Below, piece by piece: positions 52,409-64,000 of a stretch of DNA of 64,000 nt. The notes under the pieces are model-generated. The model did not search any database and was not told where the DNA came from. It saw only the letters and a program-made list of their open reading frames with translations. Origin of the DNA: Amphiscolops sp. MND2022 (Eukaryota); assembly GCA_964187785.1 (NCBI GenBank), contig OZ076409.1, forward strand, positions 68,450,001 to 68,514,000, given 5' to 3'. The stretch's first letter is position 1; every line of letters begins with the position of its first letter. The translations under genes and the position numbers were made by a program.

Positions 52409-52800
52409 GGGGAGCATAGTGTAGTGGTTAGAGCATTCGTCCTGTACTGGGGCGGTAACAGGTCCGAATCTCTTTCAACTCACCATTGTTGCGCATTAAG
52501 CAAGTCCTTCATACCTCGCTTAGTGGTATTGTTCAGTGACAAAAATTAACGCATTTGGCGGAGAAAAGCATAAATAAAAAGAGCAACGGGGAGCAGTCAG
52601 ACCTTTGTGGCCTTGAGAAAGTCACTTTAAAACCACAGTTTCAAATCCACCATTCCGTGACCACTTGGTTGCAAATATGGTACCATTGCTTGCTATGGGG
52701 AGATAGTTTCCGAAAGGGCGCCGACTTGAAAAAGCCGAACTGCTTATTTAGCGTCCACCCCGCGGAATAGGGGAAATTAACTTTCTTCCTTTCTTCTTCT
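52409..52800 (+). mobile_element. tRNA-derived SINE (degenerate)
   Basis: A-box-like TAGTGTAGTGGTTAGAGC and B-box-like GGTCCGAATC in the head. The downstream body (52663-52760) is repeated at 34917-35013, and a TTC-repeat tail follows. Confidence 0.55.
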
Positions 52801-53038
52801 TTCTTCAAGCCGGTTGAATATCTGCTTACGAACAAGACATATACCGTTCACTTGTGAACTCTCGTTAAGCGTGCTTTCCATCTATTGATAAATCGTTCAA
52901 TTGCTCTCATTTTGACGTAGGGCACATAGTGTAAGCTGTGACTATTTTGAGAACTCCCTACAATTTGTCAGCGCAAAACAAGGAGAGAAAAACTAGTTTT
53001 TTCACAGGTTGCATCGATTAATCCCAGTGCCAGTTGAA

Positions 53039-53188
53039 ATGGAAGAGGGCTACAAGAACTTGCCAGATGACACCATGCGGTGCGCTTGGGGCGAGAGAGA
53101 GATCGATGCCAGCGACCAGTTCCTCAAAATAGACGGTCACCCTGTCATGGAACGATGGGAGACCCCTTACATGAACAAACTTGCTGAG
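53039..53188 (+). CDS. GAMT: Guanidinoacetate N-methyltransferase, exon A
   Basis: AW...LKIDGHPVMERWETPYM matches the GAMT signature GKPVMERWETPYM. An acceptor at 53007 implies an upstream exon or UTR, so the start is tentative. Donor at 53189. Confidence 0.9.
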
Positions 53189-54076
53189 GTCGTTACCAGT
53201 TTTCTCCTATTAAGACTCTCGAAATATGAATTTCTTAAGAGAAAATTGAATTTGCATGCTATGTTTGTAGAAGTAAAATCAATGTAGGACGTCTGTGCAA
53301 CTGCCGTTTCGTTTTCTGAGCAGTCTTTATTGGTTGATCAGATGGAAACTTTATTGTGCTAAAAAACGAACATGCGACTATTCGGATTAGAACCCCATTC
53401 ATTAGCTGATCCCCCAACATTGGCGAGAAATGAAATGGATTTTCCTTTCCTCGGTTTTACACACAATCTACGGAATCTAGATACCAGTGATGCTTATTGA
53501 TGAAACTTCAGTACTTTCAGTCATATGCTCAAGGTAGAATACACATTTTATCGCAACTCAGTGTTGTCCAAAATCATTTGTCTTGAATGCTGTTGTCTTG
53601 AACTGTTAATTTTTCACGAAAGCGAAAATTTTTACTGTTCTATGCTCCAATCATAAGTCCTGTTTCAGTTTACACAAGGAATAAAAAGCATATTAAATCG
53701 ATGTTTTTAAATGAATTTCAGAGTAGCGCTGACAAGTAAGGCGCTCTTACGAAGGGGATAGGACTTGATTGTTTTCTTCTTCAAAATTTAGCTCCAGGTG
53801 AAACTTTCAGTGAAGTTGAATAAAGTGAATCAAGCAAAGCCAAAAATATTATTGAACCAAAATCTCAGAATATTCATTTATTTTCTGAGCAAACTCATTA
53901 TAACGTATAAATGTTTCTATTGATGGATTTTCTGAGTTTACACTGTACATAATCAAGTACAGTTTCCTTTCATAGAAATTACTGAGGATTTTTTAAAAAT
54001 TGCTTTGAATGAACCTTTTTGTTTGACTATTTCTTTTATGGTGAAAATGTTGTTGAAAATGAATGATTGCCACCAG

Positions 54077-54236
54077 GTCGCAACAACCAACAAGGGGACA
54101 GTTCTGGAGGTGGGATTGGGCATGGCAATCAGCGCCACAGCTATCCAGATTTACAAGCCAGAGAAGCATTACATCATCGAATTTAATCACAAGGTCGTCG
54201 AAAACTGCAGCCAGTTCTTGAAAGACCATCCCAGGG
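54077..54236 (+). CDS. GAMT: GAMT exon B (SAM-binding motif I)
   Basis: KGTVLEVGLGMAISA...HYIIEFN matches GAMT VLEVGFGMAI...HWIIECN. CAG acceptor in phase; 3' boundary uncertain by a few nt. Confidence 0.9.
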
Positions 54237-54651
54237 GTGTAAAATATCATTATTAATACCTAATTTTCCATTATTAAATATATAACTAAAAACGTGTATA
54301 ATTAAACGCCGGGTTTTGAAAAATTTCGAATATCCACTTTTTGCTAAAAAAAATTATAAATCAAATTTTGGCAGAGAAGTTAACTTTTTCAAGGCGCTAG
54401 ACATTTTTTGCCAAAATTGCCAGCAAAAATTTTCCACTTGCAAGACAGTGCATTATTCTGCCAGGTATCTAGCAAGATCTTGTAAGATCTTGCAGGTGGG
54501 GTCGAGTTTTCTCGGGGCTTCGAGCAGTGTATAAATGAAACTATAACTACGAAACTACATTTTTGTGACGAATATTTAGTGTGAAATATACTTTTTGTTG
54601 ACATAGAATTAGAGTTAGTCAAAATTGTCTTGGGCATACCTGGTGTGTTCA

Positions 54652-55083
54652 AGTGTGGAAATCTTGGAAGGAGACTGGAAAGTGATGCTTGACAAGTTGC
54701 CAGATTCGACGCTAGATGGCGTCCTTTATGATACTTATCCAATGAGCAAGCAGGAACAGCATGTGCATCAGTTTGAGTTCATCGGCCGATGTCGATCCAA
54801 AATGAAAAAAGGAGGGATCTTGATCTACTGCAACTTGACCTCTTTGGGCGTTCTTTTCTCGGAATTGAAGGTCACGGGTTCAACATGTCACGAAAGCTGC
54901 ACAGCTACTTGGGCCAAAATTTGGGAAAAAACGCAAAAACCGCATTTACTGGCGTGTGGTTGGAAGGAATCGGAAATTGGTTATGACGTGTTCTTTTTGC
55001 CCGAAGATGCCATTAAAAGGCGAGGAAATTGTGAATATTATTCACACCCGTCTTGCTTGGTGCCTAAACTAGTGAAAGAGTAA
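54652..55083 (+). CDS. GAMT: GAMT exon C
   Basis: LPDSTLDGVLYDTYP...HVHQFEFI...GGILIYCNLTS...TQKPHLLACG...CEYYSHP, then a stop; AATAAA near 55103. Confidence 0.92.
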   Translation, partial: SVEILEGDWKVMLDKLPDSTLDGVLYDTYPMSKQEQHVHQFEFIGRCRSKMKKGGILIYCNLTSLGVLFSELKVTGSTCHESCTATWAKIWEKTQKPHLLACGWKESEIGYDVFFLPEDAIKRRGNCEYYSHPSCLVPKLVKE

Positions 55084-55364
55084 ATACATGGGTGGCAGAG
55101 AAAATAAAAAACAAAACTTGAAACCGTGTAACGAACTTGAAACTAACAAATCACTTTCTAATGAAGAAGGTCAACCTTCTTCAAATAAAAAATTGATGAC
55201 CTCATTATTACGTAAAAGGTGTTCCAGGATGAGTTACAATCTGCTAGCTCATTGAACAATCTGTACTTTTTTCAACTATTTATACTATTCAACTATTTTC
55301 AAAATACAATTTAAAAAACTATCGAGTTTTCGAGCATACTAAAATGACCTATTAGCATCTTGAC

Positions 55365-56596
55365 TCAACAACCGTTGGGTTTGGAAGTGTTGAAAGACGG
55401 CGAGAATTTGGTTTGCAAATCGAAATATTCGTTGCACGGACTGAAACAGTCAGGACGAAATTGGTTCTTTACCTTAAGAGATTTTTTGATAAGCATAGGA
55501 TTCAAGGGGAGCAAAAGTGACCCTTGCCTATTTTTGAGACATCGTAAGGGTGTCACTGATTACGTTGCATGCTGGGTTGAGGATCTGGTTTATTGCAGCA
55601 GAGGTAAAAAATTTCACGAGCAATTCGAAGTTGCGCTTCGCAAAAAGTTTTTGGTTAGCGAAGTTAGTAATCTCAATTGGTTTCTAGGTATGCAAATCAG
55701 GAGAGATGCTAACAAAATCGAAATATCACAAAAAAGTTACATCGAAAAGCTTCTAGAGAGTTTTGGCATGAGTTACGCGAAAACCGCTTTCACGCCAGCT
55801 TTAGAAAATTCCCTATCAGCAGTGTTGATTGTCCTTCAAAGGGCAGTAAAGAAGAAAAAGAAATGAAGTGTTGTAACTATAGAGGTTTAATTGGTAGTCT
55901 CAACTACTTAGCCAACGTTTCAAGACCTGATATAACTATTGCCGTAAGATCTCTGAGTAGGTTTGTTCAAAACCCTGGAAGGCAGCATTGCAATCAAGCT
56001 GGGCATGTTTTGCGATAATTGATTGCTACGAAGAATAGGAAGTTGATTGACGAGAAAACGGACGAAATGAGAATTGAGGCTATAGCGATTCTGACTGGGC
56101 AGGTATAATAGATTCAAGAAAATCAACTAGTGGCTCCTGTTTTTTTTCTCTGAATGAGACTTCAGGTGCTATTAGTTGGAACTCAAAGCTGCAATCAACA
56201 GTAGCAACGTCTACTGCCGAAGCTGTAGCTGCTGTTCTTTTTGCAGCAACACCAGAATTGATTTTTCTCAGAGAATTAGGTGCAGAACTTGGTATGAGCA
56301 AATCATTACCTACCGAGTTCTGTTATCGTTGACAATCAAGTGTATACCAATGACTAAAAACGCTGTCAATTCCCAGAAAGTTAAACATTTTGCCACCAAG
56401 CTACATTTCTTGCAACAGAAAATAGACGAGACGGTTTTAGAAGTTAGGTTCTGTCCATGTTTTGATCGAAACCTTAGAGAAGGCCAAGTTTCAGACTTTC
56501 AGCATTGAAATAGCTGGTGATGTAACAACCCATAGAAAAAATAACTTTCATCGATCAGACATGTATTCCTATTTACCTCATGATGAAAAGAGGGCG
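55365..56596 (+). mobile_element. 5'-truncated Ty1/copia fragment (RT-RNase H) ending in a shared LTR
   Basis: SLHGLKQSGRNW, SDPCLF, WFLGMQI, YRGLIGSLNYL..SRPDI, YSDSDWAG. Duplicated at 60492-61720. Confidence 0.9.
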
Positions 56597-59500
56597 TATC
56601 AAGGATTTACTTTCTTGAGCTAGAAGTCATAGCATGTATATCTTCTACTTTTTATCAAGATTTTTGCTTTCATTACATGTATGAACAACGCGTGAAATAT
56701 CTCTTCTTTGCGTTGGCGCCAAGTAATTGGTGACTACTTCACTGTAAAAGTTTGTATCATTCTTTGAGTAACTTTCATCGTAATTTAGTTCACTTCTGGA
56801 GAACAAAACAACGTTTTTGGAAATCGAGAGGTTATGGGAAACTGTCACGCATCTTGAAACAACAATAACTAAGACTTCTTTGCCGTAAAGATTGAATGAT
56901 TTTTGCGCTCTCTGACCAACAACATAGACGATTTGCAACTTTTGATGCATAGCGAGCGATGGCCTTGAGATGTTGACGTGGGATGAAGATGGTTTTGCAA
57001 TGGACTAGCAGAGGTCACAGTAGTATGCCATTGAGGGTTCAGCGTGGCTACGACGATTCTTTTGAGCAGTGTCAGTTTGCAGCAGAAGTCAACAGTCCTC
57101 AAGGAAGCACTTTTGCGGGTGTACAAGTAACTCTGAATACTTGAAGTCAAACTCTTCATTTAGTCTCTTTCTTGTGCTTTCTTTTTTGTGCTTTTAATAC
57201 TAGCTGTTGTTTTTTGTTAATCTGAATCAATTGAGAGTGGAGTTGAGTTGAGAGACAACACGTAGCAAGGTTTCAAAGCAAAAAAATTTGGGGGGACTTA
57301 AAATCCAGTTAGTAAGACTGTCTTAGAAAAAGTTCTCTAGTCCATAATTTATTGACAGACAGTTTGATTTTTTTGAAGATGCTTTGCCTCGAAAGTTTTG
57401 TATTCCACACAAAACTGCTGTAGCTAAAGAACTGCTTCGCCAACAGTCAATACTGTACTCATTCTAGGATCCTGCTAGTTCGTTGCGGGATGTGTCTCTT
57501 AATGACTGGAATGAGTTGATTCTGAATTAGGTTTCAGGAGGTCTGTCATTTCCATTTTTTGAATACTGCCTTTTTGCAGCGCGCTCTCAGAAACAATTTC
57601 ACTATTTCACAATTCACGGGTTGATGATTCACAAGGTTTAGGTGATTAGCGAAAAAGACTAGACAGTGGAAGTATAGGAATCCGTTGAAAAAAATCTTGA
57701 AGAAGTTACGCTAAGTTGAGAAAGTTACCGCTGGGATAGCAACTTCGACCTAAAAGGTGCATTCTAAACTCGAAACGTTAATGTTTTCTGGAAAGGATGA
57801 AGAATACGAATATTTCTGGGAACTATTTAAAGCACGGCTTCATTAGCTCTAGCTAAGATGTGTTTTGCTGGACAATGAAACCTTGCCGGCATCAGAAGCG
57901 AAAAACTTTACCGCTGAGAGTGAAAAACTGAAAGAAAAGCACTTCGAAGTATGGTGCCAATTGGTTCAATGTTCAGATACGAAATGAAAAGTCTAAAACT
58001 GATTGGCACTGCAGCTTGGCGTGAACTCCAAAAGTATTTCAAGAGCAAAGAAAGACCGCGCGTTCATCAACTTTTGAACTTTTGACAAACTTGAAACTCG
58101 ACTCAAGTGGAAGTATTCGTGACTCCGTAGTCAGAGCTGAGGAACTCTAGCTAAATTTCAGCGAAGTGAACGAAAACGTAAGTGACCAAATGCTTTGTTC
58201 GGTAGTTTTTGAAGTCCTTCCACAACAGTTCGCGAATTTTGTCAGAGTTCTCAAGTATTCGCACGAGCTAAAGTCTTTCCCAGAATTTAAGAGAAATTTA
58301 CTGAGTTTTGACAGCGAAAGCAACCTAAACAGTATGACTCAAGGTTCGAGTTTGCATTTCAGTAAAGATGTGAAGTGTTTCAAGTGCGGCAAGTTCGGTC
58401 ACAAGCAAGCGCAATGTCGGTCGAAAACTGTTACGGTCGTTTGTCACGAATGTGAGAAAAGTTACATGGGTAATGCGTGTCCTGAAGCTCAAAAGGAGCC
58501 GTTTGAGAAACGTAACGGGGAATTACAAAAAAGTTTTTCGCAAAACGGAACGAAGGCAACTTGACAACCGAACTCAACGATACAGACGTTTTTCTTTCAC
58601 GCGTCAGATAAATTTGAAGAGGACTCTCATTTCGAATTTTTGATAGACAGTTGCTGCACAGGTCACATGATAAAAGATATAGAATTTTTCAGCTATCTAG
58701 AAACGTCTCAGAAAAGAAAAGTATATTGTGCTAACGGCACTGAACCTGTCGTTGAAGGTAGAGGTAAATTATTGTTTTTTGCCGAAAACAGTCGCGGAAC
58801 ATTTCAAAAAGTAGCTCTCGAAAAGGTTCTGCAAGTCTCCCATTATTCGAAAAACTTAATCTCAATGAAAAGATTGAACGTCGCGGAGGCGAAGGTAATA
58901 TTTGATGAGAAACCCAGGATTGAAATTGAAAATGATTGTTTTCCTTTAGAAAGTTGGATCAATCCGTTTTTTTGCGTCCTAGAAAATTCGAAGTAAGCAA
59001 TACTGCTGAAGATACACTGCAGTTATAGCATGAATGTTTAGGCCATAAAAATATGATAGACTTTCGGAAAATTTTAGAACAGACTGAAAGTTTGAAAATA
59101 TTGGACGAAGACGACGAGTTTGAGGTCTAACACTCAAACACCCAGACATAATCCTACATGTAAAACTGTATTTACACGAACTTCGTAATCACTAGAAGTA
59201 GTTCATTTTCACTTTTCGCCCGAGCCAATTGTGTCAGTCGACGGATTCAAATTTGCTTTGGCCTTTGTTGATAGTTTCCGTAGGTTAGGCGCGATCTTTT
59301 TGCTGAAATGTCAAAACGAATTAGCCCTGAAACTAGATATTTTCTTAGTTAGGGGTAAACCACGTGAAATCGTGAGCGATAACGCGAAAGAATTCAAGTT
59401 TGGTAAGTTTGCAAAAGTTTGTTTGAGAAACCATTTTCGCCAAGAGTTTACCGCTACGTTCACTCCCGAAGAACTTGGGAAAGTTGAAAGAATAACGAGT

Positions 59501-61954
59501 ATCATCGGCGTGATGGCGAAATGTATGTTAAATACTGCAAACGTAAGAGACACGTTTTGATCTTTTGCATTTAGAGCAGCCTTTCACATAAAAAAAACAA
59601 GTGTATTCACTCCTCACATGGTAAGACACCACACGAGAAGCTCTTTGGACAACCGCCACATTTAAACCATCTAAAGATTTTTGGCTGCAAAGCGTTTGCT
59701 TTACTAGAGATAGAGAAACGAGAAAAGTTCGACAGTCGAGAAGAAGAAGGAAATTTGGTAGGCTATTGTAGCAATTCAAAAATTTACCTGATTGGATTTA
59801 TGGAGACATTGCAAACCCGAAATGTAAAGTTCAACGAAAGAGTTTTTCCAGGCTTGGAAAGTTTCCATAGGCCAAGTTTTACGAACGACGAAGACAATAT
59901 TTTTGAGATAGATGAAAGGGGGAATGAGATAACTGAAAACAAAAATGTTGGAAATGTGTTGACAGAATCAGCAGAAGATGAGGTTAGAACCAGATACGGA
60001 AGGCAAGTGAGACCAGCTGAAATACGAACCAGGTATTAGTGAGACAGCTAATCAAAATGTTTCGTCTGAACTCGAATATCAACTATCGTTTCACATAAGG
60101 TTTTTTGACCCCGAAGTACCGAAAACCGTTGAAGAAGCGTTATCCATTCCAGAAGGTTATCAAGCTATGAAGGACGAGTTTCAGACCCTTGAAAAGAATA
60201 AAGTTTCGGAGTTAGCCAAACTTACTTTGAACAGATATTTAGTAAGCGGAAAATGGCATTTCACGTTAAATCGATATGGAAATGGCATATTCATAAAATT
60301 TGAGGTAAGATATGTCGTCGGAGTCTTCAATCAAAATGAGGCCTAGACTTCGATGAAACCTATAGTCATACAGTGAAGACGGTGACGCTTAGATTTTTAC
60401 TGAGATTTGCGGTACAGCAAGACATGAAGTTGAAACAATTAGATGTGAAGACAGCTTATATCAACGCAGAGATAGACGAATAAGTCTTGGTTCAACAACC
60501 GTTGGGTTTCGAAGTGTTGAAAGACGGCAAGAATTTGCTTTGCAAATCCAAATAATCGTTGTACGGACTAAAACAGTCAGGACGAAATTGGTTCTTTACC
60601 TTAAGAGATTTTTTGATAAACATTGAAATCAAGGGAAGCAAAAGTGACCCTTGCCTATTTGTGAGACATCGTAAGGCTGTCACTGATTACGTTGCATGCT
60701 GGCTTGAGGATCTGGTTTATTGCAGCAGAGGTAAAAGTTTTACGAGCAATTCGAAGTTGCGCTTCGCAAAAAGTTTTTGGTTAGCGAAGTTAGTAATCTC
60801 AATTGGTTTCTAGGTATGCAAATCAGGAGAGATGCTAACAAAATCGAAATATCACAAAAAAGTTACATCGAAAAGCTTCTAGAGAGTTTTGGCATGAGTT
60901 ACGCGAAAACCGCTTTCACGCCAGCTTTAGAAAACTCCCTATCAGCAGTGTTGATTGTCCTTCAAAGGGCAGTAAAGAAGAAAAAGAAATGAAGTGTTGT
61001 AACTATAGAGGTTTAATTGGTAGTCTCAACTACTTAGCCAACGTTTCAAGACCTGATATAACTATTGCCGTAAGATCTCTGAGTAGGTTTGTTCAAAACC
61101 CTGGAAGGCAGCATTGCAATCAAGCTGGGCATGTTTTGCGATAATTGATTGCTACGAAGAATAGGAAGTTGATTGACGAGAAAACGGACGAAATGAGAAT
61201 TGAGGCTATAGCGATTCTGACTGGGCAGGTATAATAGATTCAAGAAAATCAACCCCTGGCTCCTGTTTTTTTCTCTGAATGAGACTTCAGGTGCTATTAG
61301 TTGGAACTCAAAGCTGCAATCAACAGTAGCAACGTCTACTGCCGAAGCTGTAGCTGCTGTTCTTTTTGCAGCAACACAAGAGTTGACTTTTCTGAGAGAG
61401 TTAGGTGCAGAACTTGGTATGAGCAAATCATTACCTACCGAGTTCTGTTATCGTTGACAATCAAGTGTATACCAATGACTAAAAACGGTGTCAATTGCCA
61501 GAAAATTAAACATTTCGCCATCAAGCTACATTTCTTGCAACAGAAAATAGATGAGAAGGTTTTAGAAGGTAAGTTCGGTCCAAGTTTTGACCAAAGCCTT
61601 AGGGAGGGCTAAGTTTCAGAGGTTCAGCAATGAAATAGCTGGTGATATAACAACCCAGAGAAATAGTAACTTTCATCGATTAGGCATGTATTCCTGTTTA
61701 CAAGTCATGAAAAATGGGAGTATCAAGGATGTATTTTCTTGAGCTAGAAATCATAGCATGTATATCTTCTACTTTTTATCGATATTTCTGCTTTCATTAC
61801 ATGTATGAACAACGCGTGAAATATCTCTTCTTTGCGTTGGCGCCAAGTACTTGGTGTTTACTTCACTCTAGATGTTTGTATCATTCTTTGTGTGACTTTC
61901 ATCAAAATTCAGTTCCTTTCTGGAAGAACAAAACAACGTTTTTGGAAATCAAGA
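56597..61954 (+). mobile_element. Ty1/copia LTR retrotransposon, old and decayed
   Basis: About 233-bp diverged direct repeats at 56597-56829 and 61721-61954. Copia-type PBS GGTTATGGG at 56830. Gag knuckle CFKCGKFGHKQAQC, protease IDSCCTGHM, integrase FVDSF..SDNAKEF..GKVER, then RT-RH (IN before RT is the copia order). Confidence 0.9.
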
Positions 61955-61959
61955 AAAAC

Positions 61960-62097
61960 TTAATTCAAAATTAGCGAAATACGTTTCAAACAATCTCAAG
62001 AGAAGTCTGGAGCGCATTCGTGTGATATTTATTTCAAATTTTACAAAAGAATCGGTCTCAAGAGCAACTGTCTGGAGAAACCTGAAGAAATATGGTG
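61960..62097 (+). pseudogene. Possible Tc1 HTH remnant between copia LTR and HINE
   Basis: SVSRATVWRNLKKYG resembles the Tc1 second HTH (VSxxTVxRxLxxxG); very short. Confidence 0.35.
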
Positions 62098-62679
62098 TTT
62101 TTAGTCGGCCACAGACCTCACACTGTATGTACCACTTTTTGGTTCTGACGTTAATTGGTTTCGGGGGAACCCTTGAGTGGCGGGTTCGAGCCCTGCTTCC
62201 AAGACTAAACGGCCCTTTTTCAATTTTTTTTCGGCACTGTGAAACTTTTTTTGAATATTTTCAATGTCTCCAGTGGGTCCTTTCAATTTTTTTTATATAT
62301 TGCGACAAACTTGCTTTTCAAAAAGCCCGAAAGTTCGTCACTTTTATAATTTTTGGCATTATTTTTCAAATTTCAAAATGATTTTTTTTTCGTCCTGAAT
62401 TTAGGTTTCTTCAGTGGACCAGTACGCTATATCCGGGTTTCGTTCGTTTGGGCGGCAGGTTTTCGGTACTATGCGACTTTTTTCTAAATTGTTTTTATCG
62501 AAGTCCCCCTCAATTTTCACTAGAAACGAAACGTTTGCGAGCATGAAGGACTACTTATGGTTTCCGCACTATGCGACGTTTTCCAAAAGAAAAAATCCGA
62601 TTATTGTTCGAAAGATAGTTTTTGTTGTTTCCAGTTGGGGAAAAAGTGGGGCGCCGACTTGGGCTGTTCCGGGTTTGTT
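62098..62679 (+). mobile_element. HINE-like element
   Basis: Starts TTTTTAGTCGGC and ends GGCGCCGACTTGGGCTGTTCCGGGTTTGTT. Another 3' terminus lies at 63922-63951. Confidence 0.62.
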
Positions 62680-64000
62680 ATCTAGGTTTCTATAAGTTTA
62701 GCCCGTGGCATAGTTTGAGTTGCATAGTCCGTTCTCGTGGGTTCGAATTCCAAGATACCTTAGTTGAGACTGCAGGAACTTTTTACATGCTGCAGGCCTG
62801 CATGCAGGGTAATTGTTTATAAAACCTAGAAAATTCAGGGTAATTCAGGTGGTAAATCTTGTAGAATTACACTGCATTTTCCACTACTGCAATTAAATTT
62901 GAAAATAGATGCAACATCATCACCGACACGACCTTATTGTATTTACAATTTGCTTTCTCAACTACTCATCTGATGTGATCACCGCGTCTCAAATAGGACG
63001 CTAAATATGACGGTATAGTGCAGTTTATTAGGTGACTGAAGTAATTTTGCATTAAAATGGCTGTTAAGCTGAGAGCAATTTATTTGCTTTTAAAATTTTA
63101 GAACTGCTTCTTTATGAAACCTGCAAAACTTCAAGGCGTAAAATTGCCGCCAAAACTTTGATGAATCATCTTTCAAGCAGCTTGATAAAAGTCGAATACA
63201 ACAGGTAAATATTTTCTCATTAAAGTTTCCGTAAGAGTTTTATAAAATCATAATAAAAGTTGCTGGCAGCATTAAAGTACATGCAAAAAGTTCAAGAAGT
63301 TTCAACAAGGGTAGACAATTTTTGTCTTGTTTTCGCAAACTTATTTGAATTTTTGAATTTTTCGGTTTGGAAAAGGTGTTTAGAGAGTCTAGATCTCCTT
63401 TTGAGTTTTTCGACACTGTGCAATTTTGTCTCTGGATTTTTTCATCGAAACCTCCCTTCAATATTTAACAGAAACAAAGCCTTTCGCGAGCAAAGACGGC
63501 TCCTTTAGAGACTTTCAGCACTATGAAGACATTTTTTGAAAAAAATTCGGGGAAAAATTTCGAAAGTTTTACGTTTTTTGGGAGTGATGAGAGTTGTCTC
63601 AATACTCTTGGAAAAGGCCTATGGTTTTCCGACAGCGTGCGACTTCTCGGAAAAAATTGATTTGGTCAAAGTGTCACCATCATTTTTTGAGAAAAAAAGC
63701 CTTTCTATTTTTTTGGCACTGAGACTTTTCCAGGAAGAAATAAATGTTCGATTTTTTTTTCAAAAATTGGTTTTTTGATAATCGCAATTAGGGTAAAAGC
63801 GGTTTTAGAATCTTATGGTATCCCCTTGAGTACTTTTTGGCGCTGTCAATTTGATAGAAATTTTCACAACGGCGTCCCTTCGCGTATTCAAAATACTTTG
63901 TTCTTTTTGAACTTTGGACAGGGTGTCGACTTGGGCCTTTCCCGCCTTGTTTGTTTTGTAGTATTGTTTTTCAAAAACATTTTTGACGTATTCATTGTTT

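Noticed and set aside
52409..52480. tRNA gene
   Set aside because: A/B-box-like motifs are present but there is no convincing cloverleaf; it continues into a dispersed repeat body, so it is treated as a SINE head.

Overview
AT-rich eukaryotic (animal-like) genomic DNA dominated by transposable elements; the organism cannot be identified from sequence alone. There are two spliced host genes on the + strand: a multi-exon secreted leucine-rich-repeat (LRR) protein (13402-41144) and guanidinoacetate N-methyltransferase (GAMT, about 53039-55083). The main feature is an 18.4-kb Ty3/gypsy-type LTR element (15468-33905; 269-bp LTRs with 3 differences, AACG target duplication). It carries an extended gag-pol, a Ser/Thr/Pro-rich extra ORF, a decayed env resembling class III (herpes gB / chuvirus G-like) fusogens, and up to three further unknown ORFs, giving a complex retrovirus-like layout. 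It inserted in sense orientation into a Helentron/HINE-like element inside an intron of the LRR gene. Two related 5.9-kb Mag-like Ty3/gypsy elements (2303-8173 and 46115-52044, both minus strand) share a WLDD RT motif and a conserved unknown domain between RNase H and integrase. Also present: a decayed Ty1/copia tandem sharing one LTR (55365-61954), a Tc1 transposase relic, a HINE/DINE-1-like family, a tRNA-derived SINE, a small MITE and several tandem or palindromic repeats. All calls come from reading motifs by eye; no database searches were run.
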